Below the pieces are notes generated by a model. It was given only the letters and a program-made list of their open reading frames with translations. It did not search any database and was not told the origin of the DNA. Shown here piece after piece: positions 1 to 10,681 of a stretch of DNA of 64,000 nucleotides; position 1 is the stretch's first letter; every line of letters begins with the position of its first letter. The translations under genes and the position numbers were made by a program. Origin of the DNA: Magallana gigas (taxonomy: Eukaryota); NCBI RefSeq assembly GCF_963853765.1, contig NC_088855.1:36766001-36830000 (forward strand), given 5' to 3'.

Positions 1-34
1 GAGAGACAGAAACAGAGGCCAAAGAGTGCAGGAG
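1..34 (+). CDS. Probable end of an internal exon of the left flanking gene (ERQKQRPKSAG)
   Basis: Open purine-rich frame ending GGAG|GTTTGT in phase 1, matching the phase-1 acceptor at 2073. QRPKSAG resembles QRRKSAG in the downstream exon. Only 34 nt are visible. Confidence 0.4.
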
Positions 35-88
35 GTTTGTTGATTAGCTGGTCGAGAATACGAAGTGCATTAATGCCTGTATTTATCA

Positions 89-289
89 TACTGTACACAG
101 GGAAATATTATCCCCATTTATTTTGCATCTCATTTAGCCGCGTTGTCAGCGGGAGAATTTAAGACTGGGCGAATTACACTGTCTCAAACCATCTCTCTTT
201 AAATACAACCATATCTGGGCGAATTCAAAACGTTTGCAAGTGAAGAAGGGCAAAAATAATGTGGGGTGTAAATAAACCTGAATACAGTA
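89..289. mobile_element. MITE-like non-autonomous DNA element (TACTGTATACAG-type TIR), copy 1
   Basis: Begins TACTGTACACAGG and ends CCTGAATACAGTA. The interior (aagactggg...ctgtctcaaa...atctctctttaaa) is homologous to the copy at 63336-63539. Confidence 0.7.
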
Positions 290-2072
290 CATGTATCTGG
301 ATTGCTATTGGATGCTTGGATCACCCATTTAATATTTTTGGATGCTATTCAATGAGTTTTAGACAGTGCTACTGTAATTAGGATATATAAATGTGCCAAA
401 CAAATTTAATTATCAGACAGAGGGTATATAAAAAAATTAACCGTAGATACAGTAAAACTTGGTTATATCGCAATTCTAGTGACCATTTGATTTACTTTTG
501 CTTTATCTGTAATTTGTTAGTACTGTACGTGTAACAAATTTTTAATAATAAACAAAGCAAATTCGTTTTATACATGTTTTCTTCTACATAACCACCATTT
601 ATGTTTATTAAGGCATTAATATTTCAAAAGTACATTTTAGGAAACTGAAACTAATCTAATTGGTTACTGAAAAATAAATTTATTTATACTATTATATCAA
701 TTAGTATTTCTAACTTCAACAATTTTAAACCATTCATTAAAAACGATGAAAATTTTTATATTTTATACCTATACGAAGCTCAAAATCAGCATTGCTACAA
801 CTGTAAATCCATTATAACCAAGTTTGTTTTTAACCATAAAATTTCACAAGGATTAGTGAAGAAGACTGCCGGGGACTTTGCAAAACTTTGCTACATAAGA
901 TATTTCGCTATATTTGTGTTTGTACTAAACTGTATAATGTTTATTCAACTTTTGAGTCATTTTACCCAAAAGCACTGACACAGAGAATACAGGTCATGTC
1001 CTTATCATTTTCTCATTGGGATTTACCTGGTAAACAATGAAAATAAATTTGGATTTTCCAGTTATAAAATTGAGTTAATCAGTATATTAGCTTTATAGTC
1101 ATAAGAGGAAGCAATAGATGTTCTTTAATGACCTGTATTATAGAGAGGCCCATGGAATGACTCTAACTTGATAAGGAAATTCATCTAAAAGTGGTTAATA
1201 TGACATTTTATAAATTTGATTCAAGATCCATCATTATACATTCATATCAAGGGTCTGAAGCCCTCTTTAGCAATTGCCAATGCAATTTTGCTCTCCTGCC
1301 TTCTTATTCGTAAGATTCTGCCTTGTTTTTTAATAAAACATTTCTCATAAAAACAAAGTTAAAAGTTTATTAAAATTTTATGAACATACATTTTATGAAT
1401 ATGTGTACCAGGTCCAAAGTTGATGAGCATTTCGTTAATTTATATTTCATGAATAGTCCAAAGTTTATTAGAATACATAACTTTGAACTGGAACTCAAAT
1501 AAGCACTTAATGTAATTGAGAACTCTTATACTTTTATCACTCAGAGAATTCATTCTATAACTGTTAACATGAATTAATAATCATGTTTTTCTACAGATTC
1601 AAAAATTCATTATATCTGCAGGTATCCTTAGTCTGTTATTCAGTGGGCCAACTGATTATTGCATCAAAACTGTTATTGTAAAGAAATTCTATTCTACAAT
1701 CTATAGTTAATGTGAATCTACATGTATTTACTTTCTTTATGATGATGAATTGAATAAGTATATAATTGGCTTCACATGAATTGCTTATATCTATTCTTTC
1801 AACAAAATAAAATTGAATCATCACTGGAACATTTTCCCAAAATGTATGATTATTTTAGGTAAAATGGGTCTTTATTTTATTGACAAGAAAAGACTATTAA
1901 ACAGGATGTGCAAGTTATATATAAGTCAAGTAATACATGTATCTATCTAAATTTGGTTTTTTTGGTCAGATACTGTATGGACTTGTATCACAGTATCAGT
2001 ATGTTTGAATATTTATCTAAAGCAAACATTAGGGAATGTTTCATTCTTTTGCTTATATTTTTTTCCCAACAG

Positions 2073-2488
2073 TATTCCTCACTCAGAAGCACGAGAGACA
2101 GTTAAAGTATGATACAACAAGACCTGTGTCAGGAAAACCCTCAGAGAAAAAGAACAACCAGAGAAGGAAGTCTGCAGGTCCTAAACTAGCAGGGGGCCAG
2201 CTACAGAGAGAACAGGAGTATCTAAACCAAGGTCCTGTAGATGCAGCAGACAGCAAAGAGGAAGGGTCTCCTAGCAACACTCCTACTCAGCAATATGAGG
2301 AGGAGGAGTCAGATGAGGACCAGCAGCCAATCAGAATCAAGATGAAGGCACACCCAAAACGTCCACAGCATGTGGACAAATTTTGTAATGATCTGCAGGA
2401 AATGGAGGAGATGGAAAATGAATTCAAGAAAAACACGATAGCTCTGCAAAAGAAACTGGGCATTGGTGATACGGGGATGGTTTTTTAG
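2073..2488 (+). CDS. Terminal coding exon of an unidentified gene; charged low-complexity region followed by a short predicted helix/coiled coil (DLQEMEEMENEFKKNTIALQKKLGI)
   Basis: Polypyrimidine tract and CAG acceptor at 2070-2072 (ttttttcccaacag). Open frame to TAG at 2486-2488, with higher GC than the flanks. Family not recognised. Confidence 0.7.
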
Positions 2489-3297
2489 TTTCAAGACTGA
2501 CAATAACCTAGTAGTCCTTTAAATGTACTGCCATTAATAACTAAACTGCTGAAATGTTGTAAATAACCTTTTTATTTGTGTATTTGTTGTTTTGTGATAG
2601 ATTGTTCAGTATGATTTTTCTATTCCCAATGCAGGACAGCTGCTATAATAGTTTTGTACGGTGTAATGAAACTTTTCATTGAAAAAATCTTTAAAATGTG
2701 TAAATTATAGTACTATAGTTGACTAATAATAGCATTGTTAAATATTGACCAGCTTTGTTATGTGGGTTGTTTTAAAATGGTGTACATACATGTAAGAGTC
2801 CAATGTGTAACATAGTACATGTAGTTGATTGAATATTTCGTCCATTCCAATTCTGGTACATGTATATTAAATTCTTCCTGTTTAAATTGATTTTATTGTG
2901 TTAACTGTGACTTTTACAAGATACAACAAACTAATTGTTGAACTGAGTGTTATATTCTAATCTTAGAAATAAAAAACAAAAACTTGATTAATGAACATTT
3001 TGGTTTATTATACAAGTATTTCGCCATCATAACATTTAGTCCTATAAAAAAGCTGAGTATATACGTAAGTTGTATTTTTGTAGAACATTTAAAGAAATGA
3101 CAATCAAGTTTTTCATTCTCATGCTTCAATAATAACGCAAGTGTGCATTTAAATTCATCAAAACATTTATAAACATTTTGATTGGTTGTCCTGGCCAAAA
3201 AAATGCGCACACGAATACACATGAATGATTTTGTTGTGTAATAACCTGTTTCAGTATGCTTGTACCCTTATTCTTCTGATGAGGTCTATACAATCAG

Positions 3298-4759
3298 TCA
3301 AGGAGCTGGATTGAACAGCATTTGATCCGATGGTACAATGTGTAGGGTTAGGTTCAAACAGGCAAACAGTGGATGCGGGTTTCCTTCATAACTGAAGATC
3401 TTCAGTACGATTATGTAGGCCCCCTGTATGAAATAGATTATCAAAGTGTGTATAGAAATATGACATTAAATATTTAGCATATATAGATATATATAGATAT
3501 ATTAGTTTTTCATTTTTAATGATGGAATTTAAGACTTTCCTTAATTTTATTAGCTTAAAAAGTACATAAATGAACAGAAACTCGCACAAAAAAAAAAGTC
3601 TTTTCATTTATTGCATGAAATTTTTAAATGAATTAAAAAAACTTACGACTGGCAATCTGTTCAAATCGCTGTATTTGTATTGAAACTTATGATTATCTGT
3701 TAAAGAGAAAACGGGTTTCATACTATTGTCAGTTGCATGAGAAATATATAGACTGCTTGTAAATATTAAAGTGAGACGTCAGAAAAGGACATTCAGACAT
3801 ATTTACGTCATTTTAAAAGATATATGAAGAATTAAATGATCGTCTTATACTAGTAAAATATGTACTTAAGAAAAATGGGAGAAAAGTAAGAAAAAAAAAC
3901 ACCAAAAAAAACAAAAACGAGACAGCGCCAACAATTGACATACTAAGTATGGTTTTAAAGAACAATATGCACGTATCTAAGATGTTTTAACATAAAGACT
4001 AAGTTGCTTTGTCATAAACTGACGTAGGACTAAGAGGTCATTATCATAGTTTACAGGTTTACAGATACTTTTGTGATTTACTACCTCCTTTCTTCAAAGG
4101 ACATTGTATAAGCGGTGTCACTTTACTGATATCATTGCAAGCGATCTCTTGAACCACAGAGAAAATAGGATCAGAGCTGCCCTCCATGTACACATCTACA
4201 TTGGCTTGACCCTTTCCGAAGTCTATGGCTGTTTAAGAAAAAAAACCCCGATTTATCAACATGATTATTGCAAGTAGACTTAAAACATAGAATTAACATA
4301 CGCACGCACGCAAGCCCCCCCCCCCCCCCCCAACTCATTTGCATGAAATATATCTTACGATTTGTGATGTCGAAATATAACTGGATAGACTTATCCGGGT
4401 CAATAACTTTCGGTCTCCATGAAACATTCAAATGGGCTCCATCTGGTCCTAAGAAGAAAAAAAATACGATAACAAGCAATTCAGATATAATGATAAATGC
4501 AGTCAATATATTATTGCTCACCACAAACAACGGCTGTTCCCGTATTGTTATCAACTTTAAACTTGTTCTGAAAGCTAGCAGCATTGTATGCGTCCGAAGG
4601 CAGCGAAGACCCAATGGATCTCTGTTCCTCGCTACTTTTCCCGCCAGATCGAATGGTCTCCTTGACTGAGCGTCCACTCCTACTACCGTTCCCCTGGGTG
4701 AACGAGAGAGCGACGAAGACAATGATGGAAGCCAATAACTGTACTATCAGACTGTTCAT
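3298..4759 (-). CDS. ML-1: secreted MD-2-related lipid-recognition (ML) domain protein, LY96/LY86-like, 215 aa
   Basis: Exons 4759-4522, 4448-4359, 4228-4085, 3696-3647, 3423-3298 (238+90+144+50+126 nt), all GT-AG. Signal peptide MNSLIVQLLASIIVFVALSFT. Domain: C|GPDGAHLNVSWRPKVIDPDKSIQLYFDITN|PIDFGKGQANVDVYMEGSSDPIFSVVQEIACNDISKVTPLIQCPLKKG|DNHKFQYKYSDLNRLPV|GAYIIVLKIFSYEGNPHPLFACLNLTLHIVPSDQMLFNPAP*. Confidence 0.9.
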
Positions 4760-6136
4760 TGTGAAGTCAAGCAAACCTATGTAATGGAGGAATATAACTC
4801 TTCATAACGACTTATGAATAAATCCTAATATCAGTTTGACTTCCTGGTGTTGACACTTGATTATAAATGCGCGTTCATGTTTTCTAGAACTTTATTTTGG
4901 GGTCAGTTTAATTTTAAAGTTCATTCAAGAAAACCAGTATACTTTAGTTAAAAGAGGTATGGGATAGGAGTGTGTAAAACTTTTATTCGTGTTGAAAAAA
5001 CATGAAATCTGATGCTTTCATTTTAATTTAATAAAAACCCACCCTGTTTGGGTAAAAAATAGTCCTTGTGTTGTATTTATGTTACAGGAGAGGGATGGAC
5101 ATGCACTTGTCATAACGCATTGTCAACCCCAAAATTAGCATAATACAAAATCAACCATTAATAAAAGACAACGATCTGTAAGTCTCAGTTGCCTATAAAA
5201 GAAACCACGAAAGAAACCCAGATAATTGTTACACATGTATAATCCCATTTTGAGAGGGGACAATACTTCCTCGTTTTGGGTTTTTTTTGGTATGTCATTT
5301 TTCCGCAAGCTCCTCTGTAAACTGTTAAAAATGAATAGAAATGTTTCAATCTGCAGAAAGGAAAATACCTGTATGTACAAAACAATGCATGTCACCAAAG
5401 AAAAACAAATCAAGGAAATACATGGAGGAGGACTGCGTTAACAACTGTCAGCTTTAGGAAGAGTTTACAAATTGACCGAAACCAATCAGGAAAAAAAAAC
5501 CCAATTATTATATTCATCTGCCTGGAAATTGAGAAAATGAAGTTGGAAAACAAAAACCAAACAAAATAAAAAACCATTAACAACACCAACAACAACAACA
5601 CCACAGCTATGCAAAATAAACTTGACTTTGGTGGCATTGGCTTCAATGTCTTGCTGGCAAAAGCCTCTTTGAAATGTACTATTTTTGTACGGAACAACTG
5701 AAATACTGTAAGGTTTGTGTTAGTTTATTGTATTCTCTCATATATATTTTGTGTCATCGATTACACGGTCAGCCTGAAGTGATCTTCAACCGGCCAAAGG
5801 ACTTACAAGCACTTATTTGTTGTACAAGTATATATGCATTATTCTTAAGAGAAAACGACAGTGTTAGTCACGTGTTTAAACACTTGTATTGTTATCCTCA
5901 CAACAAGTGGCACTTCATACGTACAAGTTCTCAAGCATTTTCTACATGTACATGTATATCTAGTGTTACATAATTGTCTGTAAGTCCACATCTACAGGAT
6001 TTTGTTAAAATTTCATTCCTAATCCTTAATATTATGAAAAAACAATTTAATTCAAAAATTGGTTGCGTTTAAAGTCTTTAGTAAGTTTCATTTATCTTCA
6101 TCTTATAGTACTGATGATTTATTTATAGTGATCTCT

Positions 6137-6202
6137 TCAAACTTTGATACTCGAACAGGCAAACAGTGGAATGTGGAGCATTTGTTCAATGGTGTAAGAT
6201 CC
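6137..6202 (-). pseudogene. Orphan, internally shortened ML exon-5 copy
   Basis: AG|GGA TCT TAC ACC ATT...CCA CTG TTT GCC TGT...TGA translates GSYTIEQMLHIPLFACSSIKV*. It matches both ends of the family's exon 5. No convincing exons 1-4 nearby. Confidence 0.75.
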
Positions 6203-7070
6203 CTCTGCGAAAACTCTTTGATTTAAATATACATTCCTTAATTTCATGAATTGTTTAAATGTTGACGACTTTTTCTATGGAGAACGTAAATCTGACAAAT
6301 ACTGATGGTTGTTAACTTTTTCTATTTTCAAGACCATTAAATAAACGAACGGATATATCAACTTAACGGAACTGATACTTTATTATAACTATAACATTCA
6401 GTGCCACTTGAAAGTTGTTTAATTATAAGTGCGTGTATGTTAATCATTAAGGAGCCAATCGTCTCCGAAAGATGTACTACAGCGACTAACCCGGATCTGG
6501 ATTGATGGAACAAATATAGTGCATGATAGGAAAATGATTTTGCATTGTATATTACTGCATATATCTGCTGTAAGTTTCTTAACAATGACGTATTTCATGT
6601 GGAAGTAAACAAATGAAACACTATCATTTTCATCATTTTAGAGACTTCTATGGTTAATTAATAGGTAAAAAGTACTCAAAATTGCAAAATAAGACATAGG
6701 CTACTAGCATTTGAACTATGTACACATCTTTATGTATCTGATGAACGATGTCACTGAATGTCAAATAAACATATTTGTTTTTTCATTGCATTGTAATGGG
6801 AGAGTCCATGGTGGAGTCGGTTAACCTGTTGTGATGCACAATATGTATTATTATACTTTCATGTTAAATACTGAAATCTGATTGGTTTAGACGCAGTTGA
6901 TATTCCGTTCTATTACCCTCAGCGTTAGCAACACACTTGGCAATGGGTAACACAACGAATTGTTACATGCGCGTAAATGATGCGCGTACGGTTCGCCGTA
7001 AAAATTCAAGTCATTCCTATAGAAAAGCAGTTTAGTTTTCTTTAAAATTATGACATTCAGTATAATAAAA

Positions 7071-7211
7071 TAAATAGTGCCTGTTTGGGAGGATAACAGT
7101 CGAAATCGACACCCCTCGAAAACCATTGTCAACCTCCGCTTCGCGTCGGTTGACAATAGTTTTCTGGGGGTGTCAATTTCGACTGTTACCTTCCCAAACA
7201 GGCACTATTTA
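7071..7211. mobile_element. ~140 bp near-perfect palindromic (foldback) repeat element
   Basis: Arms taaatagtgcctgtttgggaggataacagtcgaaatcgacacccc...aaccattgtcaacc and ggttgacaatagtttt...ggggtgtcaatttcgactgttaccttcccaaacaggcactattta, around a loop tccgcttcgcgtc. Confidence 0.8.
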
Positions 7212-7552
7212 TATAATGGCACGCATAAATTTAAACATACAACAAATCATTAAAATCATTATATTTTATTAAAAGATTATTTAATAACAACAAAGAAAAC
7301 CAACACAGATATAGACGTTTATCACACGTTTCATCATTATAACAATATGAAAAATGTCATTTCACACAGCCTATAGAACTTTATCTTCTAAAACTATCAT
7401 ATTCCTGTTTATCATTATCCATATTTTTTTCCGACTCGATCTTAATTAGTATAATTATCTATCGTTAACATCAGGAAATGTGTTAGAGCATAACTGATGG
7501 GGGAAATAATTGAATATTTCTGATGATGGAATGGCAAGGTCCACGTGTTTTT

Positions 7553-9091
7553 CTAAACAAGCTGTACCGTGAAGTTCAAACAGGCAAAGAGTGGATGTGG
7601 GTTTCCTTCGTAGCTAAAGATCTTAAGTGCGATGGTGTACGTTCCCTGTACAAAAATATCAAAATTTTGATTGTCACAAAATCATTAACTATATATCAAT
7701 ATGTTTCACCGATTCAGGTTTACTTCAGTCAACGTTTTTTTAATAAGATTGAAGAATTAAAGGATTAAAACAATATGGAGCATTTACCTAATTGCATCAT
7801 GTGATTGCATTAATCAAATATTTAATCTATTTTGTTTGACTCTCTACAAAAAATAAAGTTAAAAAAAATAAAGATGTAAAGAACTTACAGGTTTAAGCGC
7901 TTTTAATTTGTTGTACTCGAGAGAATGTACAAGTCTATCTGTTAAATAAAAAAAAACACCATATAATGTATAAAAGACTAAAACTAGTATTAATCTCTGA
8001 TTCAATATACATGTATAACATTGAGCGATGTTTTAAAAATTAATTCAATTAAGCAAAATAATGCAAGTTAATTTAATTTACTTACTTCCCTTTTTTAGAG
8101 GGCATTTAACAAATGGGGCCACTTGAGCAATTTGACTGCATGACATGTCTTGATCCAAGGAGAACATCGGGTCACTGCTACCCTTTTGATATAACTCTAA
8201 GTGAACCTGGCCCTTGTCGAAGTCGATGGCTGATAACAGAAAGAAAAATGTAATTAGTTTTCAATTTTTGGAAAAACATTCAATTTTAAAAGATGAAAAG
8301 CATAAGTGAGAGATATCTTACGATAAGTGATGTCAAAATCAACCTTGACGGACTTCTGGGAGTCGACGACCTTCGGTTCCCATGTGATGTTAAAGTGAGC
8401 TCCCTCTGGTCCTGCAAAGTCGGGTTTGAAAACTTATGTATCCCCATTCTTTTTTTAAATAAAGATTTTCGGCATACTCTTATTGTATTTTTGATGATAT
8501 CATACGTTTTAGAATTGTTTGCACAAAATTGACACTGCAAAGAGATCTGATCATTAACTAGAATAAACCTTTGCGTTATTTCATACAAATTTTGAAATAT
8601 TGTAAAAAGTTATCAAAAACTTACTGATTAAAGGAACATTTACAAGCTTTACGACTTCTGAGCAGTGTAAAAGCACATCGTTTTTGAATTAAGCAATTTA
8701 TGAGTAGAATGGTCCACCTACTAGTAATTAACCACCTACCACAAACAACGGCTTTTCCAGGATCGTTGTCGGTTTGGTCTAACCACCGTAAGCCGGAGAG
8801 CGGCAACATTGTTTTCATCTTTCTCAAGCTAGCAGCATTGGATGCCTTTGTCAACAGCGAAGATAACGAGGTCCAAGAGTTACTATTGTCTTCTGGGATT
8901 TCAAAACTAGCAGTATCTTCTTGTCCCTCCTCTCCTCTTCTCCAGCCAAATCGGATGATCTCCCTGATATTTATTTGTTTGTTGACCACGGCATATTTTG
9001 GGAGTCCCCTCCCCTCTCCATCCTCTTGGGAGAATGCAAGACTGACGAAGACAACGACGCAAACCAAAAACTGTGCAGCTAGAGTCTTCAT
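7553..9091 (-). CDS. ML-2: secreted ML-domain protein, LY96/LY86-like, 242 aa
   Basis: Exons 9091-8740, 8411-8322, 8229-8086, 7938-7889, 7645-7553 (352+90+144+50+93 nt). Domain: C|GPEGAHFNITWEPKVVDSQKSVKVDFDITY|PIDFDKGQVHLELYQKGSSDPMFSLDQDMSCSQIAQVAPFVKCPLKKG|NRLVHSLEYNKLKALKP|GTYTIALKIFSYEGNPHPLFACLNFTVQLV*. Confidence 0.9.
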
Positions 9092-9139
9092 GATCAATTC
9101 CTGTAGGTGAGAATTGAACTGTAACTACAAATCATCAAA

Positions 9140-9142
<3 letters not shown>

Positions 9143-9171
<29 letters not shown>
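9143..9171. repeat. (TA)n microsatellite
   Basis: Direct read. Confidence 0.95.
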
Positions 9172-10467
9172 CTAGTTGTAGTTATGATCACTTTAAAAGA
9201 TTTAATTGCTTTATCTTTTAAAGTACAAGTATCTCATTACGAAGATAAACAATGTATAGAATATAAAGGGAAAACCCTCTGATGTACTTTAGTTATCTCT
9301 TAATGAGCACATTTATGAATTTTAAAGCAGTATTATTTTCCTGGATCTAATAATCAATATACGATTTAACGAGGAAGAAATGACGGTTTTTCCTATATTT
9401 TCGACCATTTAAAGTCCCCTTCAACTTTGTACATTGGAATGATTTGTCTCTTTAATGCTATCTTCTATCCAGGTTTTGAACTGATAATTTTTTGTTTTGC
9501 TCGTCTGGAATAAAATTTCATAACAATTGGTTCCTACACATGCAATGCTTTAAACGAATTCTTCAAAGAGCCATTCTATTCCATCACGATACTTTAAAAG
9601 GATTGCTTTCGACACATAGTTAATGGAGAACATTACGTAATTTTAAACACCACAAAGCTTTAATATAGATCTGTTTACATGTGGGAAAAAAAAAATAAAA
9701 TAAAATGCCAAAAAACTTTATCAAATTTAGTGTCGTTTTCCGATATCTATAATGATTGAGCAATGATGAACAATTGATTCAACAACTTTAAGAACGCAAA
9801 CCTGCTTACACGAGTAATCATTTTTATGAAAGTAAAAGTTGATTATCAATGATGATATAAGAATGGCGGTTGTTATGAAACATGAAATAAAATTAATAAG
9901 CGACACTCGTCTATACCGTTATGATTGAAAAACTAGTTATTGGCAGTAAGAGACCTGTAAAACAATCGACAGATTATTGCTATTGCTTCATGCTTTTGAT
10001 TGTTCCTTGAAGATTTTGGTCAATTGCAGATGTAACATTCCAAAATCATAGCTTTTTATTCAAATTATAATGCTACTAGGTCAACAATGCTTGAAAAGCA
10101 TTAAAAACCTAAGATTTACGAATACCTTTTAATCGAAATATTTCTTTCCGCGGACAACTGAACCAATCAAGTTTTGCGAAACAAAGTTATCGTGTCGTAA
10201 AGTCGGTATATAATCAAATAACGTTCTATCAGTTATTAAAAATCTTAACACCTTAACTTTTTATATATACCAACCGTAGATTGTTATGGTAGGTATTGCG
10301 CAAAGTGTTTTAAAAACGTGCTCTGAGATACCGGTATTCAATTATCATACAAAATTCCATTTATATTATTATGAATACACGAGTTCTTGCTAAGTTATCT
10401 ATCCAAAACATGTTGATATTGAAAACAAAATCAGGTGTTAATTCAATATTGACGCCCTGTCAGACTC

Positions 10468-10470
<3 letters not shown>

Positions 10471-10549
<79 letters not shown>
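10471..10549. repeat. (GA)n microsatellite at the start of the putative 5' UTR intron of ML-2
   Basis: Direct read; ends ~14 nt from the minus-strand donor AAG|GTAAGA at 10564/10563. Confidence 0.95.
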
Positions 10550-10551
<2 letters not shown>

Positions 10552-10563
10552 GTTAGATCTTAC

Positions 10564-10681
10564 CTTGGATTGACCGAAGTGAAATTGACAATGAACTGGT
10601 TTTTTTAACGCCCCATCCAAGTACTTCCTGGTTAAGGTCAGACGACACGTTCCTCAATTTTTTTTTTACAGCCATTTAAAT
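10564..10681 (-). promoter_or_regulatory. Putative core promoter and non-coding first exon of ML-2
   Basis: Minus strand reads ATTTAAATG (10681-10673), ACCAGGAAGT (10632-10623), then donor AAG|GTAAGA. An acceptor CTACAG|GAATTGATCATG sits just before the ATG. Same layout as upstream of ML-3 and ML-4. Confidence 0.6.

Noticed and set aside
1597-1621. Possible 25 nt micro-exon (ctacag|...ctgcag|gtatcc) in the left flanking gene
   Set aside because: Length is not a multiple of three and would break the phase-1 to phase-1 join; no supporting evidence.
4171-4784. ORF-track entries 4171-4722(-), 4268-4669(+), 4584-4784(+) and similar ORFs overlapping other ML exons (8293+, 8700+, 14212+, 19413+, 24187+, 30913+, 55769+)
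   Set aside because: They are intron read-through or antisense shadows of real minus-strand exons, with no independent coding signal.
5410-5697. Hydrophobic ORF resembling a signal peptide (MPPKSSLFCIAVVLLLLVLL)
   Set aside because: Hydrophobicity comes from a (CAA)n-like tract and A-runs; no family motif or downstream exons, and it is on the wrong side to belong with the orphan exon 5.
6358-6585. Possible relic exons 2-4 upstream of the orphan exon 5 (NKVSVPLS vs NRIKVPFS)
   Set aside because: Similarity is too weak to call by eye, and no GPxGAH or CPLKKG trace was found.
10438-10620. ORFs with SLSLSL, YIYIYI or RERERE runs (10438, 21236, 29023, 31812, 33632, 33634)
   Set aside because: Translations of (GA)n and (TA)n microsatellites.
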